Source: the human T2T-CHM13v2.0 reference genome, Homo sapiens | Assembly (NCBI RefSeq): GCF_009914755.1 | Contig: NC_060931.1 | DNA: 64,000 nucleotides | Direction: 5' to 3' (one strand) | Shown here: one piece after another, positions 1 through 21,496 of the stretch | How positions within the stretch are numbered: position 1 is the stretch's first letter | Layout of the letters: each line of letters begins with the position of its first letter | Notes under the pieces: generated by a model | What the model saw: the letters and a program-made list of their open reading frames with translations, nothing else | What the model was told of the DNA's origin: nothing | The model's database searches: none | Translations under genes and position numbers: made by a program

Positions 1-597
<597 letters not shown>

Positions 598-1839
598 AGA
601 GGAAAGTTTCAACTTAGACATGAAGAGGTCATCACATCAGTCCTGGATGATGATGAAATTGAGGGTGGGGCAAAGTTCCTTATGTGGAATTTAGGTAAAG
701 GTGACAGCAGGAACACTAACCAAGACATTTGGAGGCAGGGTTGGGCATGGTCCAACATGATAGTGGGAATCAGGCTAAAGAAAACACGAGAAACGACATC
801 AGTGTCCATCTTTCATAGCTGCTAATGGAGTAGCTCTTGGTTTCTTCAGGGTCTGTTTTGGATGGTTCCCTTTTGTGAGGGCCAAGCAGCCCATGGTGGA
901 AGCGGGAAGGCCGGGAGTGGTTTGAGGAAAACAACCTGTAAGCGTGGACCTTGCTATATGGATGAAGAAGGGGTTGGCTCCCTAGGTGCCTGGTTCCTCG
1001 TGGATTCAGAGCAGCCTGTCCGGTTACACTCTTTAACTTCAGGATCTCATGGCCTGTGGAAGAAGCAGTGCTTTTGTTTTTGTTGTTTGTTTACTTGCTC
1101 TTTGTCTACCCTAAGCGAACATTTTAGGGAGTTATAATGTCTGTTTCCCCTAAATGTCACTGCTCTGTACATTTTTGTTGCAATATTTTTGTTACAAAGT
1201 TGCACATTGCAATTTTTTTTTGTCTTTTCATTTGCTCTCATGGGCTTCCTTACTTAGAGAACATTTTCTTCTACTTCAAGTATTTGTGTTTTTCTGTTTA
1301 TGTCTTTAGTTTTAAAAGTACCTGCAGCTGACATAGCAGCGCTTTCACTGGCGCCTGATTTTCCTTTGTACTATTGTCATTTCCAGCCATGCCTCTGGTA
1401 TTACTGTTGGTGGGAGTTTTTGTTTGGTTGGGTTTTTGTTTTGTTTTGGTATGTTACTGTTGTTTTGTTTTTTTACTTTTTAATTAACTTGTAGTAGAAT
1501 ACTTAATAGTTCTTGGTTGGCAGACAGTTAAGAAACTGAACTGTTTACCATCTTCTAGGCTTATGGCATAACCTTGTACAAGAGAACCTAATTTTTACAG
1601 TGGTGCTTTACTGATGCCAGTTTGCTTTGTCCTGATCTTTTGGGGACAATACCATTTTTAAGATTATTTTATGCTGTAGAAATAAGTAACTTAAAAGCAG
1701 TATCTCTGTGCAGTTTTCTTATGTATCTACATTGCTTATATGGTTTCTCTGCCATAAGTCTGTTTACTGAGATGATTTTATATGTGCATTGGGCTCCTTA
1801 GAATTCCTTAGGAAATTGTATTAGCCTCCATGAAGATCA

Positions 1840-2168
<329 letters not shown>

Positions 2169-2266
2169 GCTTAGGAAAAATTGCTGTTCAGTGCTACATT
2201 TAGTTCTTCTTGCCTTGTTTTATAGGTGAGGGAATATAATTACTTGAACTCTTTATTTGAAAATAA

Positions 2267-2671
<405 letters not shown>

Positions 2672-3117
2672 TAATAATAGATTTTTAAGATCCTTGGATT
2701 AAAAAAAGAATCTTGCAGTTCTTTGGTTGGAAGAGACTTTAGTTGTCCTGTTATGATACATGTGGTACTTGTTATTTTCCTTGTGAAAATTATAACCTGA
2801 TGAGAAAAATTACGCAACTGAAAGCAGTCCAGAACAAAGGTGAAGAAGTATCCATTAACATGGGCAAATGAATCAGTCAGCTATTTCACTGCCGTTGGTT
2901 CTCTGAGCATTAACCCACAGGCCTGAGGTTTTCATTGTTGAACCCTTTTTAAAAACTCAGTACTATCCATACATCTTCTTGTATTTGAATATCCGTTAAC
3001 TGTACGCATAGTGGTCCTACTTGGTGGTTTGGAAAACAGTGATTCTGTATTTGGTGGATGGTTTAAAGTATACTGAAGTGTCTAACATATTTATTCTTCT
3101 TTTTTAGGAAATTGACA

Positions 3118-3146
3118 ATGGCCCTTCAGCTATGCTAGGTCTATAA
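3118..3146 (+). promoter_or_regulatory. Two short uORFs in the GALNT11 leader
   Basis: ATG GCC CTT CAG CTA TGC TAG (3118-3138) and ATG CTA GGT CTA TAA (3132-3146). Confidence 0.6.
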
Positions 3147-3440
3147 TGGGAAGTGTCACAGTTCGGTATTTCTGTTATGGGTGCCTTTTTACATCTGCGA
3201 CCTGGACAGTTTTGCTTTTTGTTTATTTCAACTTCAGTGAAGTGACTCAGCCACTTAAGAATGTGCCCGTCAAGGGGTCTGGGCCCCACGGACCATCTCC
3301 AAAAAAATTCTATCCCCGTTTCACTCGAGGCCCAAGTCGAGTGCTCGAGCCACAGTTCAAAGCAAACAAAATTGACGATGTGATAGACAGTCGTGTTGAA
3401 GATCCAGAAGAAGGCCACTTGAAATTCTCTTCTGAATTAG
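3146..3440 (+). CDS. GALNT11: GALNT11 first coding exon (exon 2; exon begins 3108): cytoplasmic tail, TM anchor, stem
   Basis: [28 protein letters not shown]... type II anchor; acceptor ttttttag|G at 3107/3108; donor TAG|gtaagt at 3440/3441; 295 coding nt. Confidence 0.97.
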
Positions 3441-4779
3441 GTAAGTATATGATGTTTACCAGCATCCATATCAATGTATTTAATCACTGGAAGTTTGATT
3501 AATTAGTTAATTAGGAGATCAGAAATGCTGCATCATTTTTTCCCCACTGATTTATTTTGTTTGTGAACTACCTGAAGTTCTGTGGTTTCTGCAGACTCAG
3601 TGGGGAGTTATATTCTAATTTATCCAGTTCTGACTTCAGTATCTTATGAGAAAACAAACAAGGTCCAGGGAAGAAAAATTAAAAGGCTAGAAAGAAAATG
3701 GAACCTATGGGAGAAGGGGTTTGTTTTTTGTTTGTTTTTTTAAGAGATGGGGTCTCACCATATTGCCCAGGCTGTCCCCGAATTCTTGGGCTCAAGCTGC
3801 CCTCCCACCTCAACCTTGAGAGTAGCTGGGACTATAGGCATGCACCACTGTGCCCAGCCCTGGAAGAAGGTTTTAATTGCTAGAATTGTTAATAAGGGAA
3901 AGAAATGGTTGAAAGTTTCCTTGACTGTATTTAACTTATTTTTAAGGGTACATTTAATTAATACAGAACATAAAGTACTGAGTTTAAAAATAAGCTGGGG
4001 TTATTTATATCTAATATGATTTTCACTTAACAAGAATTACTAAGGTGCTAGAAAAAATATATGTATATATAATATAGTTTATGAAATCTTAGTTATAAAA
4101 TAGCCCTTTTTTCCTCCTAAAAAATTATATTCTCTTCAACTTGGATGCAAGACTCTATTGTCTATGCCTTTGAATACTGCAATTTTAGAGTGTTGATTTT
4201 GACATTTTATTTTAAGGGATAAGTGAGCAATTTTTGTTATCATTAAAACTTAAAGAACTTGGATCTTGTCACAAAAACATCAAATAATAGGTAATTTAAG
4301 AGTAAAATACAAGAGATTTTTGAGAGATTGAGAGAGCCTTAGAATGTGAAAGAAATGTTAAAATAGAGTTTTCACTTGGTCATAGTTTCAAAGAAATAAA
4401 ATCAGTTCTTAGGACTTAATGATTTTCTAATATAGGAAGTCAAAAGTATGTAAAATTTTATGAGGAAACAAGCTAATATCTACTTCAGTTTTCATTTAAA
4501 AATATTTTTAAATAGAGACGTGATCTCACCAACTTCAATTTTCATAAAGTACAATTTTCATAAATCTTTTTCAAATAGCCAGTGGACATTTTTAAAGCAT
4601 TAATGGGAAAATGTCTAGCTCTTTTATTTATTTATAGTTACATTGGTAAAGCTTTTATCAAGAAGTAATACTGAGTTTACCATTTTGAATAGACTCTGTA
4701 TTTGCTTTTGAAAGAAGTAGTGAGAGAATTGTAGATATTGAATAACAAACTCCAGCTGCCTAACTGAAAAACTAAATTC

Positions 4780-6930
<2,151 letters not shown>

Positions 6931-7087
6931 TGAAAAACATCCACAATTTCTTACATAAAATAAATTTAATATAGAAGGAATTAGTATAAATAATGTAGTA
7001 GTTAAAAGTATGCAGATTTCTGAGTAGAGAATTACTGAACAAGCAGGGAAAGGAACCTATGAAAAGGTATATTTGAGAAAGATTATT

Positions 7088-9548
<2,461 letters not shown>

Positions 9549-9715
9549 CTAGACTGATAAGAATTTGACTTCAACCTAGAGACAACCTAAGTTTGAGAAA
9601 AGAGATATTAGATTATAATAGGATAAAGTCAGCATTTTCTTAAGATCATAATATCGTTAACAGTAACATGATACTTTCTAGATTTAATTCGCTGACTAAC
9701 TTCACTCTTTTGCAG

Positions 9716-9839
9716 GTATGATTTTTAATGAACGCGATCAAGAGTTGAGAGACTTGGGCTATCAGAAACATGCTTTTAATATGCTTATCAGTGACCGCTT
9801 GGGCTACCACAGAGATGTGCCAGACACAAGGAATGCAGC
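9716..9839 (+). CDS. GALNT11: GALNT11 exon 3
   Basis: (G)[40 protein letters not shown]; branch point GACTAAC 9694-9700; tgcag| acceptor, |gtatgt donor; phases match neighbouring exons. Confidence 0.96.
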
Positions 9840-10554
9840 GTATGTGCCTTATCGGATTTGCAAATACATTTTAACAACACGATGCTTTTAGTGTCAGTGT
9901 AAGAGGTCACGAGGACGGGGTTCATATTTCCCAATGCAGCGTCTTTATTCAGCATACTAGGAAACTTGAGACAGATTTCCACTTGTATTATATGTGAAGC
10001 CACATGGTCTGAGATGTACCAACAGAGTCCTGGAGCTTGCTGTGTCTCCTTTAACATTTCAGATCACCTGGGGAAGCAGAGTAGGGTGCTAATTAAATAA
10101 CCTGAGTATAAGTTTGTTCTAAATGTTTATTGATTGGATTCATGGCAAATAGGAATTAACATCAGTGAAGAATTTTACTCTCATTTCACTTTTCTCTTTC
10201 ATTGTTTTTTTTCCATCAAAGGCTTTTCGTGCATGTGGTCAGTCATTCCACAGACAGACATTTGTTGAGCACCTTCTGTTTGCTACACGCCGTCTTGAGC
10301 CCTGGAAGAAACAAACAGATGTAGTAGTTCCTCAGTTCTCAGGGCTAGAGTCTAGCAGGGGAGGCAAATAAGTCAACAAGTCCTTACATGAGTAAGGGCT
10401 GTGACAGGGTTTGGGGAAATGGGGGCATAGTACTGGAGTGGTCCCTGCAGAGAGGTGACAAGGCTGGAGGGAGGCAGGGCTCAGATGCTGGAGGGCTGTG
10501 TGTGCCCTGGGAAAGAATTCAGGGTTCTCAATGTGTTCTCTAAGTTCATGGCTT

Positions 10555-11913
<1,359 letters not shown>

Positions 11914-12029
11914 AGGCAGGGGGTGGGGGAAGAGGGTGAACAAGGGGACAGTAAATCTGTAGGTGAATAATAATCTAAACCATTCGAGCCTTTTAAAATG
12001 TCAGAATTTCCTCATCTTTATCTTTACAG

Positions 12030-12196
12030 ATGTAAAGAAAAGTTCTACCCACCTGACCTGCCAGCTGCTAGTGTTGTTATCTGTTTCTATAATGAAGCGT
12101 TTTCTGCCTTGCTTCGGACAGTGCACAGTGTCATAGACCGCACGCCAGCACACCTGCTTCATGAGATCATCCTTGTGGATGATGATAGTGACTTTG
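12030..12196 (+). CDS. GALNT11: GALNT11 exon 4 (GT-A catalytic domain start)
   Basis: [55 protein letters not shown]; tttacag| and |gtaagg. Confidence 0.97.
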
Positions 12197-14162
12197 GTAA
12201 GGAATGCTGCACCTGGTAACATTGGATCCAGGCTGTCAGTCACTACAGCACTGACAAACACTAACACAGCTGAACTTTCAAGTACGTGGTAGGTGGGGAT
12301 CCTACACGTGCAGTCACAGCTGGGCTGACCACAAATAAGTCTGAAGAAATCCATTATCTTTGTAACCTGCTTATAAACTATGCTACCCAAATTTGGGCCG
12401 TGAAATTTTTTCCGTGGCTTACTTTAAAAAACACACCTCTTTTTATTTGAAATAACTGTAGGTTCACAGGAAGTTACAAAGACGGCCTATGTACCTTTAT
12501 CCAGTTGCTCCATCATAAAATTCCCCTGTCAGAACCAGGAATCCACATTGGTACAGTGTGTGTGGTCCAGGGTCATTCTGTCACACAGGTGGACTCCCAC
12601 AACCCTCACTGCAATGATACAGAACTGTTTCCTCACCCGGAGGGCCCTTGTGCTGCCTCTTTCTAGTCACACCTCCTGCTTTCCTCTACTCTTCCCCAGT
12701 CCCTGAAACCACGACTCTATGATTTTGTTTCCATCTCTGATTTTGTTATTTCAAGAATGTCATATAAATGGAATCACACGGTATGTGACCTTTTGAGATG
12801 GGCTTTTTTCATTTGGCATGATGCCTTGGCTTATGCTTCTCTATTAAGTCTCTTACACTGATCGTCCCCAGATAAAAGTGGATTGCATTCTGATAGCTCC
12901 TCAATGATCTCTGAATGCCAGTATTTTATGATTCACTACATATTCTATATTCTGTACGCCTTTCTTAATTCAACATAGACTCTTGCTAAGAATGGCTTTG
13001 TGTACCCAAACAGGATAGAAGGCTTTTTATTACACTGCTCATTCAGCTCTCAGTGACCTTGCAAGAAAGGCTGGAAGCCCATTTTATAGAGGGAGAAATA
13101 TAAAAAGTAATTTGCTCAGACCCCATAGCTGTTAAGTAGTAGAGTGGAAATGAGACCTCTGGTCTGCATAGCTCCAAGCCTTCTGCTCTTTTCATGACAG
13201 CAGGCTGCAGGAACACAGTGGTACAGGTGTATGCCAGTGACTTTTTCATGCACTCGAGCGTTTATTAAGTACCACTTGTATCAACATCAGAGTTGGTATA
13301 CCAGTATACTTAAATATAGAAGGTAAAGAAATGGAGAGAGTCATGGGAGCAAAATTCTCAAACCTTGGCCAAAAACAAACAAACAAAAAACCTAATAAAT
13401 AAATCTGAGTCTGGACCACGTAGAAGATTGGTTACATACTGATTTCTAGAATTTATGGTTGGTTTTTGTTTTTTTTTAAGTCAACTTGTATTTTGGTTTT
13501 CACTTTGTGGCTATTTTACCTAAAAGGAAAAATTCATAATTTGAGGTGGTTTGTATATTAACTATGGAAAGAATTACTGCTTATTATCTTACACGATCTT
13601 TCAAGTTATTCTGAAATATACAGGTGAATGACATAGAATTCCTTAAAAAATATTTAGCAACCTTGGAAGAAAGATGCTAAATTAATAAAAGGACATATTC
13701 AATGCTGTTCTTGTTATTCTTGGTAGGGGCAATAGAAGTTGTTTCTTAACTATTTTGAAATGGACTAAGACTTAATAAATTCCTTTGTAATAAAAGGCAT
13801 TTATATCTCATTTTCTTTGTTATCAATGTGATTTATATATGGTCAGCTGAACATTTATGCACTCAAAATACTCATTTCAAACATTCTTTGTGCAAAGCAT
13901 TGTGCTCGATGCTATGGAGATACAAATAAGTCTGTAACTAAAGTAAGTATTCCTCTTTGCTAGTATTCCAGCTCTTACCCTTCATTTCTTTTTCTTCCTA
14001 CAGGATAAGCTACAATACTCTTTTAAAGTAAAATATTCTGTAGTATTTGCTTGATAGTTTGTTGTAAATTTTAGCAAGTACTAGATACAACTTTAGAATA
14101 GCTGTAAAGTGTCTTTATATATGTCTCATACAGTTTGAATAATTGTGGGACTTTATTTTCAG

Positions 14163-14288
14163 ATGATTTGAAAGGAGAACTAGATGAATATGTCCAAAAA
14201 TACCTCCCTGGAAAAATTAAAGTCATAAGAAATACAAAGCGTGAGGGGTTGATTCGAGGGAGAATGATTGGCGCGGCCCACGCGACAG
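14163..14288 (+). CDS. GALNT11: GALNT11 exon 5
   Basis: [41 protein letters not shown]; ttttcag| and |gtatca. Confidence 0.96.
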
Positions 14289-16955
14289 GTATCACTTCTC
14301 GTTAGCTTTGCTCTACAGGTGTTGGATGACAAGGGCTCGAGCCTCAGCGCCTGTCCTGATTCTGCAAAGTCTATGAAGAGTAGTGTTTCAAACGGACATT
14401 GCCAGCAGGAGAGATGAGGCTTGTTCTGTTTGGGAAAGACCTGTTCATAACGCCAAGCCTGCCATCCCAAAGCACATAGTGCAGGGGGCTGAACTCTCAA
14501 ATCCTCAGTGTCTATTTTCATAGCAACCCTTCTTTGATACTTACTGCCCCTCAAATATATTTTATATCTTATTCACTTATATAAGCAGAAAAGCCCAGAC
14601 CAAAATGTAACTGAATTTTTATGTTTTTAAATACAAAATTTAAAATGTATGAACCCAAACTGTCGATTGGAACTATGCTTTTAACTCTTAGTGCGGAGTG
14701 CATCCCTCTGGAGCCACACATCATGACTTTAATTGGTTAATGGACGTAAGATTGACTTACAAAACTATAAATGGCATTTTCTTTAAAATTCCCTCTTAAT
14801 CCTTCTGATTCCATCAAGGAGCAAGTCTCCGTTGTTACTAGTATATTTCCATCATACACTGCTCTCCCCCTTTAAAAAGAAATAACCGATCTCAAATTCA
14901 GTCTTCTGCAGAAAATATATCTGGTTAGTCTTCAGTTACGTTATATTGATTCTGTTGTATTTCGTTTTATGGTTACCTATGTGTAATTGGTCTCCCTGAG
15001 TTTCATTTATGACTGTAATTAAAACATTTTTAAATAAATGTAATTAAAACTAATGAATCTGTTTAAAAATGTTAGGCATGTGATATTGCAGGTAGGGCAT
15101 GGACATGGCGAAAAAATTTTGAAAATCATTTGAGAATGATGGAACTTGGTGGGGATATTCCCTAGCAGTGACAGCATCTACTGCAGTCCTTCCTATATTC
15201 CACGCTCTCCTAGATAACCTGCCTCTGGGTTTGTGGTGGTCGGCACTGCTCACCACCACTCCCCCTGTGGAGCCACTGGCTCGTGTGCTGGGCTGAGTTG
15301 GAACTTCACTTTTAGTATCTGTCTTCTCTTATTTCTCTGAAGCCCACAGTGACCTGAAGCAATTAACAAAAAAAAAAGAGAAGCAGCTCCTCTACATCCT
15401 ATCTGCAGTGGATGCAGACTGAATTCAAGGCTTGTGAGACTTTTTTTCTAGGTTTCTAGTCATGTAAAAACTTACTGAATTGGCTGTGTGGAGTTATTTA
15501 AGGCAAAGCAATAAAGTGAAAATCCTGGGGTATTTTCAATATTAAGCCACTCAAAACATTGTACTGTTACAATGCAAGTTTACTGTGAACTGACTTTTTT
15601 TTAGATAGCAATAGCTATTTAGGTTTTTTTCCCTTATGATCTCTTCAGGTCCTCATTGAGATATAGTTTAGGATCTGTCCGAAGCAAGCCAGTTTGCATG
15701 GAAGTCATTGTTTCAGGTTCACTGTGACCAGATGTGGTCTTCCTTTAAATTGGTGTTAATTGGAAAAAGTAACACTTTTAGAATTAAGAAAAGCTCTGAA
15801 TCCATTTTCTCCTCGAAGCAATTGTGATTGGTCTCACCTCACCCCCACTGATGTGCATGTGGAAGGTTCTGCCTTTCTGCATTAAGTGACAGCGGAGAGC
15901 TGCCTACATCCCCCACCCTTCAGGCTGTTTACAGACACTGAGCTGTGGGACTGATTCACGGGCATCATTGAAAACTGTCTGAGATACTGCTTTTATCACT
16001 AGTTGAAGTTGGATAGATAACATTTGGTGCTTTAAGTAGTTCATGTAAAATCTTCATACATTTCACGAGTGCACTTTTAGAAAAACAATAATGTGACCTG
16101 ATGATGTCATTCTGAGTTTCTCAACTGCTCAGAAGAACCGTGGAGCTCTTAAATTTGAAATTATAAAAAAAAAAAAAACCTCAGTTCTGCTCACATTTAT
16201 CAAGAGGAGCTTAAAATGCAGAATAAAATGTCGATGATTTATATGTTGCTAACTAGAAGAAAGGTGTATCCCATTGGCAGGTGAGAGCCACTGAAGCTAA
16301 GAGGGTGGGGGGCAGTAGAAAGGAAAGGTGGGAGATGGAAGAAACAGAAATGAGCAAGAGGCGTCCCCGAGAGCGCCACCAGCTGCGCCTCCCTCTCTCC
16401 GGGGAGAACTGCTGTGTGGCAGCCATCATCCATAGTTACAGTGCATGTCCTAGTCACCAGTGAGAAGGCAGCTGTGTTCTCTGTACTCTGTTTACTGAGG
16501 CAGAGAGATGTCTTCTAAGTGTGTGCCAAACTTCAAAATATTTTGATTAAAATAATTGTAATAAAAATACCTACATACAACTGGCCACCGTCATGGCACC
16601 AAAACATCTTGGAATACTCAATATCTGGGCTTCCAAAGAGTTGAGTTGTTACGGTGAGACTTTGACTCTGTTTACTGAAGAGATTCTGAATTGCCTGTCA
16701 GTTTTTTCAAGAGTCGCGCGTATGATTTGTATGGGTCCCTCAATCACAGCAGGACACTGCACGCAGCATTACTGGCTGAGGGACGTCCTTGTTGACCACC
16801 GGCAGTGAAGTGTAGTGGAGCAGTTAGGCCGTCTGGGGCTGGGAGGGTGGCAGTCGTGTTTCATGCTGTGTCAGCGCGTCATCCCATTGGACGGGTGGTT
16901 GTACCTAAATTGAGTGTTGTGACACTCTCCTGAGCCTCTGTTGTTTCCTCCCCAG

Positions 16956-17205
16956 GAGAAGTCCTTGTGTTCCTGGACAGCCACTGTGAAGTGAATGTGA
17001 TGTGGCTGCAGCCCTTGCTGGCCGCCATCCGTGAGGACCGGCACACCGTGGTGTGCCCAGTGATTGACATCATCAGCGCCGACACGCTGGCCTACAGCTC
17101 GTCCCCTGTCGTCCGCGGAGGGTTCAACTGGGGACTGCACTTCAAATGGGATCTTGTCCCCCTTTCTGAGCTAGGACGAGCGGAGGGAGCCACTGCACCA
17201 ATAAA
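16956..17205 (+). CDS. GALNT11: GALNT11 exon 6 (DxH Mn-binding motif)
   Basis: [21 protein letters not shown]...VVCPVIDII...[12 protein letters not shown]; ccccag| and |gtaaga. Confidence 0.97.
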
Positions 17206-18828
17206 GTAAGATCGCTCCTTTGTTTGACAAATTCCTACCAGTGCTTCCTTAAAAGAGAACAAAATGATATTAAAGATAATTCCTCCTTCTTTGTAAGGAG
17301 CAAAAGTGTTAGACTTAATTTGTACGTTAAAAATTCTTGAGTACGTATTGAATTTTATGCAGTCTGCCAAGTCCTAAGGAAAGATTTATGAGTAAGACAG
17401 TATGTGTGCCCTCAAGGACTTAGAGCCTGTGAGAAGAGCAGACAGACCAGGCCACCATTGCAGAGGAAGCCCTGGGAGGGCCCCGTGTGGTGGTTGCTGT
17501 TTGGTATGTCAAACACTGCGGTGTATTTATAGTTCACTAACTTACCTTCAGTTCTTTGGTAGCCGGAGTGATGTTGTGAAAAACATTAATACGTAAGCCT
17601 TTTCTTTCATTAGGATTTTGAAGATGGATTCCTGCTAGTATAATTACTAAGTCATAGTATAGGAATTATTTTACGTTCTTATCTGTGTTTCATCTTCTGT
17701 AATATAAAGCTGCTCTTATTTTTGTTTTCTTTAAAAATTTCTTACGTAGATTGAATTCAAAGAGGTGTACCTGTATTTTAACTTTTTAAAGAATACATTT
17801 GTTCTTGATTTGCCAGAGTGTAATCAAAATTGGTACTTTCTCCAAACAATGCCAGGATCTCAGAAGGTTCACGTTTCAGTTATTCCTCCCCCAATTTATT
17901 TGTTATTGTTATTATGTTGTTATCGTTGCTTATTTGTTGTTATATACAACAATATTGTATATTGTTATATAATTTAAACCCCAGAAGCCATTTCTTACGT
18001 AGCAGTATTCACACAGGCTTGCCCAAGTATCTCCGCTTTATGTTACCCTGTTCTTTCTGCAGCTGTAGGCTCTATCCGGGATTGCTCCCACACTCTTAGT
18101 CGTTCTTTTAGTTGGACATCCTAGTGATCAGTCCTCTGTTTTTCCGAAAATGTCCTTATGTTTCACCATTGTTTTGAAGAACATGTTTACTCAGTATCCA
18201 GTTCTAGGTTGGCAATAGCAGACATATATGTTCTTTCAGCCTTTGAAGGCATCATTCAAGAACCTTCTGGCATTCACCGTTTCAGACAGGAAGTCAGCGT
18301 TGTTAGTCTTACTTTGCTTCCCTTAAGATAATCTCTTTTTCATTGGCTGCTTACATTTTTTTTGGTCTTGTTTTTAAAAAGTGTCTTTTGGATATGTATA
18401 AACATGGTTACTTTTTTGAAGTAACTAATTTGCTGCCGAATTCTGCCTTGTCTTTTTTGTTGAATATACTGAGCAGTTAAAGTCTTTGCTTGATAATTCC
18501 ATATTTGAAACCCCTTCATATCTGTTTCTGGTGTATGTTGTTTCTCTCATTTTGTTTTCATGTGATTTTATCTTCCCATTTGCCTGGTTATTTATTTGTT
18601 GCTTATTTATTTTTGCTTAGTGCCAGACATGATATATGAAAAATTATAGAAATACATTCATACCTGGGATGATGTTTTTTCCCTGCAGAGATAATTTTGC
18701 TTCTCTTGTGCAGGCAGCTTGGGCCACTAGAATCCACAATCCCCTCTATCCAGTTTTAGGAAGTGAGCGGACTGGAAGCTAGCTCGAGTCCCTGAGAGGA
18801 CTAGTCTGTGGCTTTTCTCACTCCAGCA

Positions 18829-19049
18829 CAGGGCTTCTCAGCCTTGGCACTACTGACATTTTGGGCCAGATAATTCTTTGTTGTAGGGGCCCTCTTGTGC
18901 ATTTTAGGATAGGTAGCAGAATCCCAGACCTCAACCCAGATTCTAGGAGCACCCTGCCACACAAACACATCAAGATGTGACAGCTAAAAATGCTCCCAAC
19001 ATTATGAAATGTCTGTTGGGGACACAGTCATCCCAGTTGAGAGCCACTG
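18829..19049 (+). mobile_element. MER20 (hAT-Charlie)
   Basis: cagggcttctcagccttggcactactgacattttgggccagataattctttgttgt...ccagttgagagccactg. Confidence 0.85.
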
Positions 19050-19445
19050 GTCTAACTTGTGTGAGTCCAACTCCCAACGTGTGATGTTTGTCAGGTCTCT
19101 CCTTGGTGGACCTTAGAGCCCAGTTTTGATCCCCAAGGCTCTGTGAGATTGTCAGAAGGAATGACCATATCAGGTGGCTTTCCATCAGAAATGGTTATAA
19201 TAGGAAAAGAACTTTCGAGACTTAGAAAAGTAGCCTTCGTATGCCAGATACTAGCATATTATTAGCAATCTAGAAAATTCAGTTGTATGGCCTGGCTCAT
19301 TCTCTGATACTGGATAAAATGATTCATAATCATTAATTCAATTTTTATTAGTTATGTTCCAAAATGACACTGAGTATTTTAAACAAAAGTAGTAGGTAAG
19401 ATAACTGACTATAAGGAATGAGTACAGTAATTTTCCTTTTTCTAG

Positions 19446-19563
19446 GTCACCAACAATGGCTGGAGGTTTGTTTGCCATGAACAGACAGTATTTCCATGAA
19501 CTTGGACAGTATGATAGTGGCATGGATATCTGGGGAGGAGAAAATTTGGAAATATCATTTCGG
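19446..19563 (+). CDS. GALNT11: GALNT11 exon 7 (Gal/GalNAc-T motif)
   Basis: [39 protein letters not shown]; tttctag| and |gtaatt. Confidence 0.97.
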
Positions 19564-20256
19564 GTAATTTAATTTTTGCATGCTCAATTAATAACTGTGT
19601 AGTGGAATATGATTTTCATCCATGATCTCATATTTTCTTTATATTCTCCTTGATTATTTTTTTTTCGAGATAGGGTCTTTCTCTGCTGCCCAGGTTGGAG
19701 TGCAGTGGCGTGGTCATGGCTCACTGCAGCCTTGACCTCCTGAGCTCAAGCGATCCTCTTGCCTCAGCCTCCTGATTAGCTGGGACTACAGGCATGTGCC
19801 TGTAATTTTTCTATTTTTTGTAGAGATGGGCGTCTCACTATGTTGCCCAGGCTGGTGTCGAACTCTTGGGCTCAAGTGATCCTCCTGCCTCGGCCTCCCA
19901 GAGTGCTCCATGACTATCTTTATTGACAAATTGTCCTTAATGAATGCTACTTTGTCAGAATCTGTGATATGGATAATATCTGTTCGAAATGTCAAGAGTA
20001 TACATGTTGATCCATTGGCTAGGAAAACAACAACAAAATGAAAAAGCATGTAAGAAGCCATGTATTTATTGGTATTTATTTTTTTGAGACAGGGTCTTGC
20101 TCCGCTGCCCAGGTTGGAGTAGAGTGGGATGAATACAGTGGCTCACTGCAGCCTTGAACTCCTGGGCTCAAGCGATCCTCCCACCTCTCAGCCTCCTAAG
20201 TAGCTGGGAGTACAGGCGCATGCCGCCACACCTGGCTAATTTTCTACTTTTTGTAG

Positions 20257-20367
<111 letters not shown>

Positions 20368-20701
20368 TAGTCTGTTTTTATGGATTTAGAGGTACAAGTG
20401 CATAGTGTGTGGTGGTAAAGTCTGGCTTTTAGTGCACTCATCACCAGAGTAATGCACATTGTACCCAACAGGTAGTACTTCATCCCTCACTCCTCTCCCA
20501 TCTTTTAGAGTCTCCAGTATCTGTTATTCCACTCTGTGTGTGTGTGTATATATATATATATATTTTTTTAAATTATAAAAGTATTGTTGTAATGAATGGT
20601 TGGATATAAATTTAAAATGTCTTAATGTGCTAATTTAAAGGTTTGTTCTTTTTTTGTTGGTTTATTTTATTGATACTACCAGATACATATAGTCATATAG
20701 T

Positions 20702-20830
20702 CAGGGTGACCAGATTTCCCTGAGGCCTAAGACCATCCTAGTTCATACCTGTTCTCTTGGAAAAATAAATAGCTTCCCATTGTACTTTCAGAAACAGCTC
20801 AGTTTGATGCTGCATTATACCATCACCCCA
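20702..20830 (-). mobile_element. MER94-like (hAT-Blackjack)
   Basis: cagggtgacc...catcacccc termini, about 130 bp. Confidence 0.6.
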
Positions 20831-21292
20831 TGTATAGCTTACCAAGTCCTTTGTGTATACAGGCACCCCTGTCCCGAGGAGGAAATCCACCTCGCATTAT
20901 CTGTCTTCTCCAATTGCTAAGGTTTGAAAGGTGACAGCATAGGTGGAGTCTGTGGCTCAGAGGACCATGGTGTAGACAGTCTTTGGGAAAGGCAGAAAGA
21001 GGGCGGGAGAGCTGAGACTTCTCCTTCCAAGCAAATATCCCAGTATTTCTCCCAACCATCTCCTAGTCCAGTTAGCAGAATCCCTATCAGATAATACCAT
21101 GATACTTGTTCATATGTCCTTCTGTATTTCTGCAAATGTATTGACTACAGTATTTTTAAAAAGCAAGTTTTGGCTGGGTCCATGGTGGCTCACGCCTATA
21201 ATCCCAGCACTTTGGGAGGCCAAGGTGGGCTGATCCTGAGGTCAGGAGTTCAAGACCAGCCTGGCCAACATGGTGAAACCCCGTCTCTACTA

Positions 21293-21496
<204 letters not shown>

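Noticed and set aside
850-937. Possible alternative GALNT11 5'UTR exon (tttcttcag|G ... CCT|gtaagc)
   Set aside because: Splice motifs only, with a weak donor context and no other support from sequence
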